Part shown: piece by piece, positions 35,905 through 45,723 of the stretch
Numbering within the stretch: position 1 is the first letter of the stretch
Layout of the letters: each line of letters starts with the position of its first letter
Source: an uncultured bacterium
GTDB lineage: Bacteria; Omnitrophota; Omnitrophia; Omnitrophales; Aquincolibacteriaceae
Assembly: GCA_964562525.1 (NCBI GenBank)
Contig: CAZLTL010000002.1
Span: 82,468 to 146,467 of the forward strand
Length of the DNA stretch: 64,000 bases
Direction of reading: 5' to 3'
Notes under the pieces: generated by a model
What the model was told of the DNA's origin: nothing
What the model saw: only the letters and a program-made list of their open reading frames with translations
Database searches by the model: none
Program-made: the position numbers and the translations under genes

Positions 35905-37494
35905 ATGGAAAACGAGATTTCAAAACGGCGGACATTCGCCATTATCGCTCACCCTGACGCGGGTAAAACCACGCTCACGGAAAAATTTTTGCTTTATGGC
36001 GGCGCGATTCAGCTCGCGGGTTCGGTTACCGCACGCAAAGAACAGCGCGCGACGGCTTCCGACTGGATGGAGCTTGAAAAGCAGCGCGGCATTTCAATCA
36101 GTTCAACTTTGCTGCAATTTGATTATGGTCCCTACCGTATCAATTTGCTCGATACTCCGGGCCACAAAGATTTTTCCGAAGATACTTACCGTGTTTTGAT
36201 GGCGGTGGATGCTGTCATTATGGTCATGGACGGCGGCAAAGGTATTGAAAGCCAAACGCGCAAACTTTTTGAGATTTGCCATCGCCGTAAAATTCCTACT
36301 TTTACATTCGTGAACAAAATGGATCGCCCCAGCTTGTCGCCGCTGGAGCTGATTGACCAGCTTGAGAATGTTTTGAAAATCGATGCTTATCCCGTGAATT
36401 GGCCTCTCGGTAATGGAAAAGATTTCAAAGGCGTGTATGACCGCGTGAATAAAGAGGCGCATATGTTTGAGCGTGTTCCGGGCGGCGCGTATCGTCCCCC
36501 CGTTTCAGTCAGCGATTTTTCGGATCCGTTTGTGAAAAGCAAAATGGATGAAGACAGCTACAAACAGGCCGCCGAAGAGCTGGATCTTTTAAGCGGCGCG
36601 CATGTTGATTTTGATATGCAGGATGTGATCGACGGTAATACCACGCCGGTTTTTTTTGGCAGCGCTGTGAATAACTTTGGCGTTGAACTTTTGCTGAAGG
36701 GTTTTTTGAAATATTCGCAAGGTCCCACGCCGCGCAAATCCGCGGGAGAGATTGTGCCTGTGGACCACGATAAATTTTCGGGGTTCGTTTTCAAGATGCA
36801 AACCAATATGGATCCGATGCACCGCGACCGCATCGCGTTTATCCGCGTTTGTTCGGGCAAGTTTACGCGCGACCTGCAGGTTACCAACGTTCGCACTGGC
36901 GACAAAGTGCGCCTTGGTAGCACACATAAACTTTTCGGACAAAACCGCGAAGTCGTTGAAGACGCTTATGCGGGAGACATTCTCGGCGTGGTTGTGAAAA
37001 CCGATTTCCGCGTCGGCGATACCGTTACCGAAGACAGAAGCATTGTGTACAACGAAATTCCTAAATTCGCGCCCGAATGTTTCGGCTATTTGAATAACCC
37101 TGAACCGGGCAAATACAAAGCCTACCGCAAAGGTATCGAGCAGCTCCTTGCCGAAGATATTGTGCAGGTCTTTCAGCTGAAAGAACCTTGGAAAAGTGAC
37201 CCCTTGCTTGGCGCGGTTGGGCCGTTGCAATTTGAGGTTTTGCAATACCGCCTTGAAAGTGAATACGGTGCCAAGTCAGATTTGACACGTGCTCCATGGC
37301 AGCTGTTGCGTTGGATTCACACGAGCCTTGATGATGACACTTTGAAACTCAAGGTTCCCTCCGGGGGAGCTTTTGGGGTGGATGAAAACGGCCGGCGTGT
37401 TCTGATTTTCGGCAGTGAATGGTCGATGAATTATTATCGCGACAAAAATCCCGACATCTTGCTTTTCGATTCTCCGAACCTGCTTCCTGTCTAA
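35905..37494 (+). CDS. prfC: Peptide chain release factor 3
   Basis: ..RRTFAIIAHPDAGKTTLTEK.. G1 motif, DTPGH, NKMD; 529-aa size; ATG 35905 gives the canonical N-terminus (the track ORF starts at 35857). Confidence 0.85.
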   Translation: MENEISKRRTFAIIAHPDAGKTTLTEKFLLYGGAIQLAGSVTARKEQRATASDWMELEKQRGISISSTLLQFDYGPYRINLLDTPGHKDFSEDTYRVLMAVDAVIMVMDGGKGIESQTRKLFEICHRRKIPTFTFVNKMDRPSLSPLELIDQLENVLKIDAYPVNWPLGNGKDFKGVYDRVNKEAHMFERVPGGAYRPPVSVSDFSDPFVKSKMDEDSYKQAAEELDLLSGAHVDFDMQDVIDGNTTPVFFGSAVNNFGVELLLKGFLKYSQGPTPRKSAGEIVPVDHDKFSGFVFKMQTNMDPMHRDRIAFIRVCSGKFTRDLQVTNVRTGDKVRLGSTHKLFGQNREVVEDAYAGDILGVVVKTDFRVGDTVTEDRSIVYNEIPKFAPECFGYLNNPEPGKYKAYRKGIEQLLAEDIVQVFQLKEPWKSDPLLGAVGPLQFEVLQYRLESEYGAKSDLTRAPWQLLRWIHTSLDDDTLKLKVPSGGAFGVDENGRRVLIFGSEWSMNYYRDKNPDILLFDSPNLLPV

Positions 37495-37554
37495 GTCGTA
37501 AAAGTTTTTTTAGAAACTGCCGATATATTCCTCACAACCATCCATGGGGGATTT

Positions 37555-37899
37555 ATGAAAAAATTATTGTCCGTTTTTGTTTTTATTCTTTTTCTTGCGC
37601 CGCAATCCGGATTTTCATCCGCGGCATTTAATGAATTTCCACCCAGCCAATGGACCAAGGGTATGAGCTATGGCGAAAAAACGGTGGGCAAGGTTGGTTT
37701 TGGTTTGGTTAATATTTTGCTCGGCTGGACTGCGCTTGGAACCGAATACTTTCAAGATCCTGAAACCAATGTGGGCGTTTATTTTCTGCGCTCAATCGCT
37801 CGCACCGTGACAAATACAGTCGGCGGCGCTTTGCATGTGGTGACTTTTCCGGCGCCGTTTGATATTCCGCTCCCCGGCGGCGGCACCGCCTTCGAATAA
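37555..37899 (+). CDS. Small secreted protein, paralogous family member
   Basis: Signal peptide; ..YGEKTVGKVGFGLVNILLGW...HVVTFPAPF aligns with 18593(-) and 16607. Confidence 0.5.
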   Translation: MKKLLSVFVFILFLAPQSGFSSAAFNEFPPSQWTKGMSYGEKTVGKVGFGLVNILLGWTALGTEYFQDPETNVGVYFLRSIARTVTNTVGGALHVVTFPAPFDIPLPGGGTAFE

Positions 37900-37904
37900 T
37901 AAGT

Positions 37905-38035
37905 CGTTGAAAAGGCTTCGTCTGCGGCGTTAAATTCGTCACTCCCTTGTGCGGTGTAGGTTTCACTACACCTCCGCGGTCGTTCGAATTTGCCTAGCAT
38001 CCGAAACCTTTTGAACGACTTTTTGCAGACAAGAG
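37905..38035. repeat. Repeat family B (MITE-like, about 110 bp, terminal inverted repeats GTCGTTCAAAAG / CTTTTGAACGAC), copy B1
   Basis: Conserved core ..CGTCTGCGGCG...CTTGTGCGGYGTAGGTTTCACTACRCCTCCGCGG...GCCTAGCATCC..; TIRs read at both ends. Confidence 0.7.
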
Positions 38036-38059
38036 TCTTCGCTGAACTTTGCTGCCGAT

Positions 38060-38110
38060 GAACACGGCGCTTGTGGTCGTAGACCATTCCTTTCGCCTCA
38101 TTCGCAAGAA
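38060..38110. repeat. Repeat family D fragment D3
   Basis: ..GGCGCTTGTGGTCGTAGACCATTCCTTTCGCCTCATTCGCAAG.. matches the D2-specific insert plus flanks. Confidence 0.4.
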
Positions 38111-38194
38111 TCATTCCCTTTACCGCGCATGTTTCTCAACATTGCCTTGCTGAAAAAAAACAAATCAGGATGGAAATTTAGAATAGCAAAAGCT

Positions 38195-38250
38195 TTAGGT
38201 TTTGATCTATGGCTTTGAGCTCTGAGCTTTAACTTATCAGTTTCAAAAAA
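38195..38250. repeat. Repeat family A, partial or diverged copy A5
   Basis: ..GGTTTTGATCTATGGCTTTGAGCTCTGAGCTTTAACTTATCAG.. resembles the right arm of A4. Confidence 0.4.
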
Positions 38251-38254
38251 GGCG

Positions 38255-39064
38255 TTAGCCTTTTTTGATGGGGCTGATGCCGACATGACGATAGGGCTCG
38301 ATGGCTTTCAGCATGGCTTCGTGAATGAGCCCGTTTGACGCGACATTTTGCCGGCCTTTGAGCGTCATCGGATTACCTGAGTAATCCGAAACTTTTCCGC
38401 CGGCTTCGGTCACAAGCAGCATGCCCGCGGCTTTATCCCAAGCTTCAATGTTCGCTTCCCAATATCCGTCAAACCGTCCGCAGGCCACATAACACATATC
38501 GAGCGCGGCTGCGCCCACACGGCGGATATCATGTGTCAAAAGCAGAAAAGCTTTGATCATCGCCAAATAGTCGTCGATGCGTTCTTTGCGGTCATACGGA
38601 AATCCCGTTGCCATAAGTGAATGCGAAAGCGACTTGGTTTCGGAAACAAAAATTCTTTTCCCGTTTAAGAAAGATCCCGCTCCCTTGGCTGCGAAGAACA
38701 TCTCATCGCGGAAAGGGTCATAAATCGCGCCCATCATGATGACGCCTTCTTCTTCATAGGCGATGGAAACGCAAGAAGCCGGAAAAGTGTGGGCAAAGTT
38801 GGTTGTGCCGTCAATCGGGTCAATAATCCAGCGGTGATGTGAGCCTTCAATGGCAGCTGACTCTTCTGAGAGGATTGAGTGGTCGGGAAAAGCGCCCAGA
38901 ATTTTATCTAAAACGATTTTTTCGCACTCTTTATCCGTTTCCGTCACGATGCTGATCTCGGTCTTCTCCGCAAAGCTTCCGCGCGCGGAAATTTTCGCCA
39001 ACATATGCTTGCCGGCCGTGCTTGCCGCGTCCAATAGCACGCTTTTAATTTTGTCTCTGTTCAT
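38255..39064 (-). CDS. suhB: Inositol monophosphatase family protein
   Basis: ..WIIDPIDGTTNFAH.. metal-binding motif and a downstream ..WD.AAG.. motif of the IMPase/FBPase fold. Confidence 0.8.
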   Translation of the reverse strand: MNRDKIKSVLLDAASTAGKHMLAKISARGSFAEKTEISIVTETDKECEKIVLDKILGAFPDHSILSEESAAIEGSHHRWIIDPIDGTTNFAHTFPASCVSIAYEEEGVIMMGAIYDPFRDEMFFAAKGAGSFLNGKRIFVSETKSLSHSLMATGFPYDRKERIDDYLAMIKAFLLLTHDIRRVGAAALDMCYVACGRFDGYWEANIEAWDKAAGMLLVTEAGGKVSDYSGNPMTLKGRQNVASNGLIHEAMLKAIEPYRHVGISPIKKG

Positions 39065-39187
39065 ATAGAATGCTCTTTCTGATTTGGCTCCCTGCCTATC
39101 GGCAGGCAGGTGCGCAGCCTGCGCCCTGCTAAGGCCGCCATTCTAGCGAACGGCAGTGAACTTGTAATTATTATTTAAGGAGAAATT

Positions 39188-40273
39188 ATGTCATATAAAA
39201 TTACTTTGATTCCCGGTGACGGTGTCGGTCCGGAAATCGCGGAAGCTTCCAAAATTGCCATTGAATCCACCGGCGTTAAAATCGAGTGGGATGTTCAGTC
39301 CGCCGGCGTGGATGTGATGGAAAAAGAAGGCACGCCGCTTCCTCAGCGCGTGATTGATTCCATCCGCAAAAATAAAATCGCTTTAAAATCTCCGATCACG
39401 ACTCCGGTCGGCGGCGGTTTCCGTTCAGTGAATGTCGCGCTCCGCAAAGAGCTTGATCTTTACGCGTGCGTGCGTCCCTGCAAATCGTATGAAGGTGTGC
39501 GTTCCCGTTACAAGAATATTGATCTCGTCATCGTGCGCGAAAACACCGAAGATCTTTATGCGGGCATTGAATTTCAAAAGGGAACGCCCGAAGCGAATCA
39601 GATTCTCGAGCTTTCTTCCAAGCTTTCGCAGAAAAAAATCCGTCCCGATTCCGGCGTCAGCATTAAGCCGATTTCGGTTTCCGGTTCCGAACGCATTGTG
39701 AAATATGCTTTTGAATACGCGCGCAAGTACAAGCGCAAGAAGGTGACCGCGGTTCATAAAGCCAACATCATGAAATTTTCCGACGGGCTTTTTCTTGAAG
39801 TGGCGCGTAATGTTGCGAAGCAATACAACGACATTCAATTCGAAGACCGCATCGTAGACAATATGTGCATGCAGTTGGTTCAAAAGCCCGAAGATTATGA
39901 TGTGTTGGTGTTGCCGAATCTTTACGGCGATATCGTTTCCGATCTTTGCGCTGGCTTAATCGGCGGTCTCGGCGTGGCTCCGGGCGCGAACATCGGCGAA
40001 GGCGGCATGCTTTTCGAAGCGACGCATGGTTCCGCGCCGAAATACAAGGGTTTGAATAAAGTGAATCCGACCGCAGTGATTTTGTCGGGCATGTTGATGC
40101 TGCGTTATATCGGTGAAACCGCCGCCGCGGACAAACTTGAAAAGGCCGTTGCTGCCGTGATCAAAGAAGGCAAAGATGTGACTTACGACATGAAAAATGA
40201 TCGCAATGATCCGAGCGCGGTTGGCACGATGCAAATGGCGGAAGCGATCGCAAAGAAAGTTAAGCAAGCTTAA
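39188..40273 (+). CDS. icd: Isocitrate dehydrogenase (NAD-type IDH/IMDH family beta-decarboxylating dehydrogenase)
   Basis: ..[13 protein letters not shown].., ..[17 protein letters not shown].., ..HGSAPKY.. family motifs; placement in a TCA gene cluster favours IDH over LeuB. Confidence 0.75.
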   Translation: MSYKITLIPGDGVGPEIAEASKIAIESTGVKIEWDVQSAGVDVMEKEGTPLPQRVIDSIRKNKIALKSPITTPVGGGFRSVNVALRKELDLYACVRPCKSYEGVRSRYKNIDLVIVRENTEDLYAGIEFQKGTPEANQILELSSKLSQKKIRPDSGVSIKPISVSGSERIVKYAFEYARKYKRKKVTAVHKANIMKFSDGLFLEVARNVAKQYNDIQFEDRIVDNMCMQLVQKPEDYDVLVLPNLYGDIVSDLCAGLIGGLGVAPGANIGEGGMLFEATHGSAPKYKGLNKVNPTAVILSGMLMLRYIGETAAADKLEKAVAAVIKEGKDVTYDMKNDRNDPSAVGTMQMAEAIAKKVKQA

Positions 40274-40279
40274 CTTTCT

Positions 40280-40398
40280 TAGTTCAAAGATTAGAAATCA
40301 AAAATCAGAACCATAGATTAAAGATTTCAAGCCGTCCGGGCATCTTTGAATTTTGAGTTATGGTTTTGAGCTCTGATCTTTGATTTCTAATTTTTAAA
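40280..40398. repeat. Repeat family A, copy A4 (3' of icd)
   Basis: ..AAAGATTAGAAATCAAAAATCAGAACCATAGATTAAAGATTTC...TTTTGAGTTATGGTTTTGAGCTCTGATCTTTGATTTC.. Confidence 0.7.
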
Positions 40399-40408
40399 AA
40401 CGAGAGGT

Positions 40409-41347
40409 TTGAATATTATGGGTTATCCAAAAGTAACGGTAGTGGGTGCAGGTTTCGTAGGCGCAACAACAGCACAGCGTATTCTTGAAAAAGAAATCGC
40501 AGATGTGGTTTTGATTGATGTCGTTGAAGGTTTGCCCCAAGGCAAAGCTCTCGACATGATGGAGTCGGCGCCGACTGAAAAGTTCCGCACGAAAATTGTA
40601 GGTACGAATAATTATGCGGATACCGCGAACTCCGACGTGGTTGTGATCACCGCCGGTCTCGCTCGTAAGCCCGGTATGACCCGTGATGATTTGCTTTTCA
40701 AGAACGCCGAAATCGTCGGCGACATCGTTGAAAACATTGTGAAGCATTCTCCGAATACGATTTTGATCATCGTCACCAATCCTTTGGATGTCATGGTGTA
40801 TCTTGCCTGGAAAAAATCCGGTTTTCCGGCGAACCGCGTGATTGGTATGGCAGGCGAACTTGATTCCGCGCGTATGGCGTATTTCATCGCCGAAAAAACC
40901 GGCGTTCCGGCGGGCGAAGTTGAAGCCATCGTTCTCGGTGGGCACGGCGACCAAATGGTGCCGGTACCGCAGCACACGAAAGTTCAGGGTAAACCTTTGC
41001 CGCAAGTTTTAGACAAAGACACGATTGAAAAAATCAATCAGCGCACGCGCGACGGCGGCGCCGAAATTGTCGGTTTGCTTAAAACCGGTTCCGCTTACTA
41101 CGCACCGTCCGCTTCATCGGTACGCATGGTGCGTTCAATTTTGCAGGACAAAAAAGAAACCATCGCCAGCTGCGTTCTTCTCAAAGGCGAATACGGCATC
41201 AACGATATTTATGTCGGCGTGCCCGTGGTGCTTGGTCGCAAAGGCGTTGAGAAAGTTGTCGAGCTGCCTTTAACTGCTGATGAGTCCAAAGCGCTTCATG
41301 TTTCCGCAAATCATGTCAAAGAAAACTGCGACAAACTGAAACTTTAA
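40409..41347 (+). CDS. mdh: Malate dehydrogenase (LDH-like MDH)
   Basis: ..[13 protein letters not shown].. Rossmann motif, ..[16 protein letters not shown].., catalytic His in ..GGHGD.. Confidence 0.85.
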   Translation: MNIMGYPKVTVVGAGFVGATTAQRILEKEIADVVLIDVVEGLPQGKALDMMESAPTEKFRTKIVGTNNYADTANSDVVVITAGLARKPGMTRDDLLFKNAEIVGDIVENIVKHSPNTILIIVTNPLDVMVYLAWKKSGFPANRVIGMAGELDSARMAYFIAEKTGVPAGEVEAIVLGGHGDQMVPVPQHTKVQGKPLPQVLDKDTIEKINQRTRDGGAEIVGLLKTGSAYYAPSASSVRMVRSILQDKKETIASCVLLKGEYGINDIYVGVPVVLGRKGVEKVVELPLTADESKALHVSANHVKENCDKLKL

Positions 41348-41355
41348 TTGGAGAG

Positions 41356-44061
41356 ATGAATATCGTGGATAGTTTTAAAAGCAAATCGGTTCTCAAGGTC
41401 GGCAATAAAACCTTTTCTATTTTTAAACTGTCCGCGGTAAAAAGTCTCGCAGGTCTTCCGCTCGAACAGCTTCCGTATTCCGTCCGCATTTTAATCGAGA
41501 ATCTTTTGCGTCGCGAAGACGGCAAATCGGTTTTAAAAGCCGATATTGAAGCGCTACGTAATTGGAATCCGAAAGAAAAATCTCAGAAGGAAATTGCTTT
41601 CACGCCCGCGCGCGTGATCTTGCAAGATTTTACCGGTGTGCCTTGTGTGGTGGATCTCGCTGCGATGCGCGACAAAATGAAAGAGTTTGGCAAGGACCCG
41701 AAGAAAATCAATCCGCTTGAACCCGTGGATTTGGTGATCGATCACTCTGTTCAGGTGGATGCGTTTGGTAATGCCGGCGCGCTTGCTGAAAACACCCGTA
41801 TTGAATTTGAACGCAATCAAGAGCGGTATGAGTTTTTGAAGTGGGGACAAAAAGCGCTTTCTGATTTTCGCGCCGTTCCGCCGGGTATGGGCATTGTCCA
41901 TCAGGTTAATTTGGAATATCTCGCGTCGGTTGTTATTACCAAAAATGTGAATGGTGAAACGCTCGCTTATCCCGATACCTTGGTCGGAACCGATTCGCAT
42001 ACCGTCATGATTAACGGTCTCGGCGTTTTGGGTTGGGGCGTGGGCGGTATTGAAGCCGAAGCCGCGATGCTCGGTCAGCCTTCCTCGATGCTGATTCCGG
42101 AAGTTGTGGGCTTTAAATTTACCGGCAAACTTCCCGAAGGCGCGACCGCAACAGATCTAGTTTTGACTGTGACGCAAATGCTGCGCAAAAAAGGTGTGGT
42201 TGAAAAGTTCGTTGAGTTTTATGGCTCAGGTCTCGATTCGCTTTCACTTGCCGACCGCGCGACGGTGGCGAATATGGCGCCTGAATACGGCGCGACGATG
42301 GGTTTCTTTCCTGTGGATGACGAAGCCGTCAACTACTTGCGCGTTTCCGGACGCAGTGAAGAACAAATCGCATTGATTGAAGCTTACTTGAAAGAACAGG
42401 GGCTTTTCCGCACAAAAAATTCTCCCGACCCGGTTTTTTCCGACACGCTTGAACTTGATCTTGGCACCGTCAAGCCTTGTCTTGCCGGTCCGAAGCGTCC
42501 GCAAGACCGCGTGGCGCTGTCCGATGTGAAAGCTAATTTTCAAGCTGCCGTTCCGGGCTTTCAGATTTCCAAGGCGGGTTCTTCCGCAGCCGTTGCAACT
42601 TTGGAAAAAGTAAAAGTGAAATATGCCGGCCAAGAATTTGATTTGGAAAATGGCGCCGTAACGATTGCTGCGATCACAAGCTGCACGAATACATCGAATC
42701 CGTCGGTGCTTATGGCTGCGGGGCTTGTCGCGAAAAAAGCCGCCGCGCTGGGACTTAAAGCCAAGCCGTGGGTGAAGACTTCGCTCGCGCCGGGATCGAA
42801 AGTGGTTACTGAATATTTGCGAGCGTCCGGGCTTTTGTCCGAACTTGAGAAAACCGGTTTTTTTGTCGTGGGTTACGGCTGCACCACTTGCATCGGAAAT
42901 TCAGGGCCTTTGCCGGAAGAAATCGGCAAAGCCGTAAAAGATAATAACTTGGTCGCCGCCGCCGTGATTTCGGGCAACCGCAATTTTGAAGGCCGTGTGA
43001 ACCCGCTTGTGAAAGCGAACTATCTCGCATCGCCGCCGCTGGTTGTGGCTTATGCGTTGGCGGGCTCGGTTGAAAAAGATCTCACCACCGAGCCGGTCGC
43101 GAATGACAAAAACGGCAAACCTGTTTATCTCAAAGATATTTGGCCATCGAACAAAGAAGTTGCCGACGCCGTCGCGCAAGTGACGCGCAAAATGTTTGAA
43201 AAAGAATACTCCGTTGTTTTTGACGGTGATAAAAATTGGCAATCCATTCAAGTTGCCGAAGGCGATACTTTTAAATGGAGCGATAAATCGACTTACATCA
43301 AAAAAGCGCCTTACTTTGACGGTATGCAGGCGGAGCCCGCGAAATTAAACGACATTAAAGATGCGCGTGTTTTGGTGATGGTGGGCGACTCGGTAACCAC
43401 GGATCATATTTCTCCCGCGGGCAATATTGCTAAAGACGGTCCTGCAGCGAAGTATTTGATGGATAACGGCGTGACGGCAAAAGATTTTAATTCTTATGGC
43501 GCGCGTCGCGGCAATCACGAAGTGATGGTGCGCGGAACTTTTGCGAATATCCGTTTAAAAAATTTGATCGCACCCGGCACGGAAGGCGGCGTGACGCGTC
43601 TTTTGCCTGATGGTAAAACAATGTCGATTTTTGATGCCGCGCAGGAATACGCAAAAAAGAAAACACCGTTGATTGTGATCGCGGGCAAAGAATACGGCAC
43701 GGGTTCATCGCGCGATTGGGCTGCGAAAGGACCGATGTTGCTTGGTATCAAAGCCGTCATCGCGGAAAGCTTTGAACGTATTCACCGCAGTAATTTAATC
43801 GGAATGGGAATTTTGCCGCTTATTTTTACCGACGGACAAACTCCCGCGTCATTGGGTTTGACAGGCGAAGAAACCTTTACGATTGAGGGTATTTCAAGCA
43901 TTAAACCAGGACAAGTTGTTAAGGTGCGAGCCTCGGGGCTCGGGGCTCAGGCCTCCGGACTTGAATTTAGTGTTAAATGCCGCATTGATACGCCGGTGGA
44001 GCTGGAATACTTCAAACACGGCGGGATTTTACAGTATGTCCTCCGCCAGCTCATCAAGTAG
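41356..44061 (+). CDS. acnA: Aconitate hydratase A
   Basis: ~900 aa; Fe-S ligand Cys (..SCTNTSNP.., ..[10 protein letters not shown]..); ..[10 protein letters not shown].. swivel-domain motif. Confidence 0.9.
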   Translation: MNIVDSFKSKSVLKVGNKTFSIFKLSAVKSLAGLPLEQLPYSVRILIENLLRREDGKSVLKADIEALRNWNPKEKSQKEIAFTPARVILQDFTGVPCVVDLAAMRDKMKEFGKDPKKINPLEPVDLVIDHSVQVDAFGNAGALAENTRIEFERNQERYEFLKWGQKALSDFRAVPPGMGIVHQVNLEYLASVVITKNVNGETLAYPDTLVGTDSHTVMINGLGVLGWGVGGIEAEAAMLGQPSSMLIPEVVGFKFTGKLPEGATATDLVLTVTQMLRKKGVVEKFVEFYGSGLDSLSLADRATVANMAPEYGATMGFFPVDDEAVNYLRVSGRSEEQIALIEAYLKEQGLFRTKNSPDPVFSDTLELDLGTVKPCLAGPKRPQDRVALSDVKANFQAAVPGFQISKAGSSAAVATLEKVKVKYAGQEFDLENGAVTIAAITSCTNTSNPSVLMAAGLVAKKAAALGLKAKPWVKTSLAPGSKVVTEYLRASGLLSELEKTGFFVVGYGCTTCIGNSGPLPEEIGKAVKDNNLVAAAVISGNRNFEGRVNPLVKANYLASPPLVVAYALAGSVEKDLTTEPVANDKNGKPVYLKDIWPSNKEVADAVAQVTRKMFEKEYSVVFDGDKNWQSIQVAEGDTFKWSDKSTYIKKAPYFDGMQAEPAKLNDIKDARVLVMVGDSVTTDHISPAGNIAKDGPAAKYLMDNGVTAKDFNSYGARRGNHEVMVRGTFANIRLKNLIAPGTEGGVTRLLPDGKTMSIFDAAQEYAKKKTPLIVIAGKEYGTGSSRDWAAKGPMLLGIKAVIAESFERIHRSNLIGMGILPLIFTDGQTPASLGLTGEETFTIEGISSIKPGQVVKVRASGLGAQASGLEFSVKCRIDTPVELEYFKHGGILQYVLRQLIK

Positions 44062-44062
44062 G

Positions 44063-44596
44063 ATGAAAAAAGAGCAGAGAAAGATCTACAGGCCCAAGGT
44101 TGGGCGACATGTTTTTATTCATCCTTCCGCTGTGGTGGAAGGGCGCGTTAAAATCGGCGATTACTCTTCCGTTTGGCCGAATTGCGTTTTGCGCGGCGAC
44201 ATCAACACGATTACGATCGGTAAACGCACCAATATCCAAGACCTCACCTGTATTCATCTCGAAACCAATCACGGAACCAAAATAGCTGATGATGTGACTG
44301 TCGGACATCAAGTAACCTTGCATGCTTGCACGATTAAACAGTATTCCTTGATTGGGATCCAATCAATCATTTTAGATGGAGCTGTAGTCGGAGAATGTTG
44401 TTTGGTTGGAGCCGGAAGCTTAGTGACGCATGGCCAAAAATTGAAGCCTTACTCCCTTTACCTCGGAAAACCCGCGAAATATATCCGTTCGCTTAAAAAA
44501 GAAGAAATCGAGAAGCTGAAAAATTGGGGCAAGCGTTATGTGAAGTACGCGGCCAATTACGCAACCGGAATGTATCAGCCCTATTCTCCGCGTTAA
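44063..44596 (+). CDS. Gamma-carbonic anhydrase-like hexapeptide-repeat protein (PaaY/CaiE/YrdA family)
   Basis: Left-handed beta-helix repeats with conserved His (..CIHLETNHGT.., ..VGHQVTLHAC..); MKKEQ start sits 1 nt after the acnA stop (the track ORF starts earlier, inside acnA). Confidence 0.7.
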   Translation: MKKEQRKIYRPKVGRHVFIHPSAVVEGRVKIGDYSSVWPNCVLRGDINTITIGKRTNIQDLTCIHLETNHGTKIADDVTVGHQVTLHACTIKQYSLIGIQSIILDGAVVGECCLVGAGSLVTHGQKLKPYSLYLGKPAKYIRSLKKEEIEKLKNWGKRYVKYAANYATGMYQPYSPR

Positions 44597-44739
44597 AAAA
44601 AAGCTTGGTTCTCAGTGATTCTTCGCTAAAATAAAATTTCTTCAAAGGGTTCAGCGCTTTCGCTGAAGGGTTATCGTAGATGGTGGGGCCGCCATTTGCT
44701 CATAGTGTTACCTTGTCTGATAAAACGAGAGGAACAGCG

Positions 44740-45723
44740 ATGACTGCTAAAAATCTAAACACTGCCAAGCTTGCCTTATTCACTGCCTCTTTTCTGTTTT
44801 GCGGCGGTTATTCCGTGTTTGCTCAAAACGAGGCAGCGAATTTTTTCTCGGGAATTAATTGGCAAGAGAAGCTTTTTCGCATAGCTATTATTTTATTGGT
44901 TGGGGCAGCGTTATTTAAACTGCTGAAAATCGGCGTTGCGAAAATGACTCTCAGGGCTTCCGAGAAGAATGCTTTGCGTGAAAGCGAGCAGGCGTTGCAA
45001 TTTAAAACGCTTTTACAGCTCGTTAATTGGACCGGCTCGATTCTCATTGTCGGGACTGTCTCCTACATGCTGCTTGAAAATTTCGGCATCAACATGGCCC
45101 CTCTTTTAGCCGGAGCCGGCATTGCGGGACTTGCTTTTGGCTTTGGCGGACAATATCTCATTCGCGATGTGATCAACGGCATTTTTATTTTAATCGAAGG
45201 GCAATACCGGATTGATGACGTGGTTAAAATCGGTGAGCATGGCGGCTTGGTAGAGTCGGTGAATTTGCGCCATACCCGGCTCCGTGATTTGGAAGGACGT
45301 GTGATTTATATTCCAAACGGAGAAATAAAATCCGTGATCAACTTTACGAAAGAGTTTTCTTACGCTCTTTTTGATCTCGGCGTGGCTTACAAAGAAAATG
45401 TTGATGACGTTATGAGAGTCGTCATTGAAACCGCGAAAGAGATGCGCGGGCATGAATACTTCAATAAGCTGATTTTGAATGATATAGAAATGCTGGGCGT
45501 GGACGGCTTTGAATCATCGCAGGTTACGATTAAGTGCCGCATCAAAACGCTTCCGATCAAACAGTGGGAAGTGGCGCGTGAATTTCGGCGCCGTTTAAAA
45601 AACCGCTTCGATGAATTGGGCATCGAGATTCCTTTTCCGCATCAAACCGTTTACTTTGGCTCCGCCAAAGAAAATGATTTTCTAAGACAGGCATTTTCAA
45701 AGGCGAAGGGTGAACGCCCATGA
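44740..45723 (+). CDS. Small-conductance mechanosensitive channel (MscS family)
   Basis: N-terminal TM helices, then ..GQYLIRDVINGIFILIEGQYRIDDVVKIG..GLVESVNLRHTRLRDLEGRVIYIPNGE.. MscS beta-domain motif; the track start is 44680. Confidence 0.65.
   Translation: MTAKNLNTAKLALFTASFLFCGGYSVFAQNEAANFFSGINWQEKLFRIAIILLVGAALFKLLKIGVAKMTLRASEKNALRESEQALQFKTLLQLVNWTGSILIVGTVSYMLLENFGINMAPLLAGAGIAGLAFGFGGQYLIRDVINGIFILIEGQYRIDDVVKIGEHGGLVESVNLRHTRLRDLEGRVIYIPNGEIKSVINFTKEFSYALFDLGVAYKENVDDVMRVVIETAKEMRGHEYFNKLILNDIEMLGVDGFESSQVTIKCRIKTLPIKQWEVAREFRRRLKNRFDELGIEIPFPHQTVYFGSAKENDFLRQAFSKAKGERP

Noticed and set aside
37975-37990. 'ggtcgttcgaatt' resembling a tRNA T-arm inside repeat B1
   Set aside because: It is part of the conserved family-B MITE sequence, present in all copies with variation, and there is no cloverleaf context.
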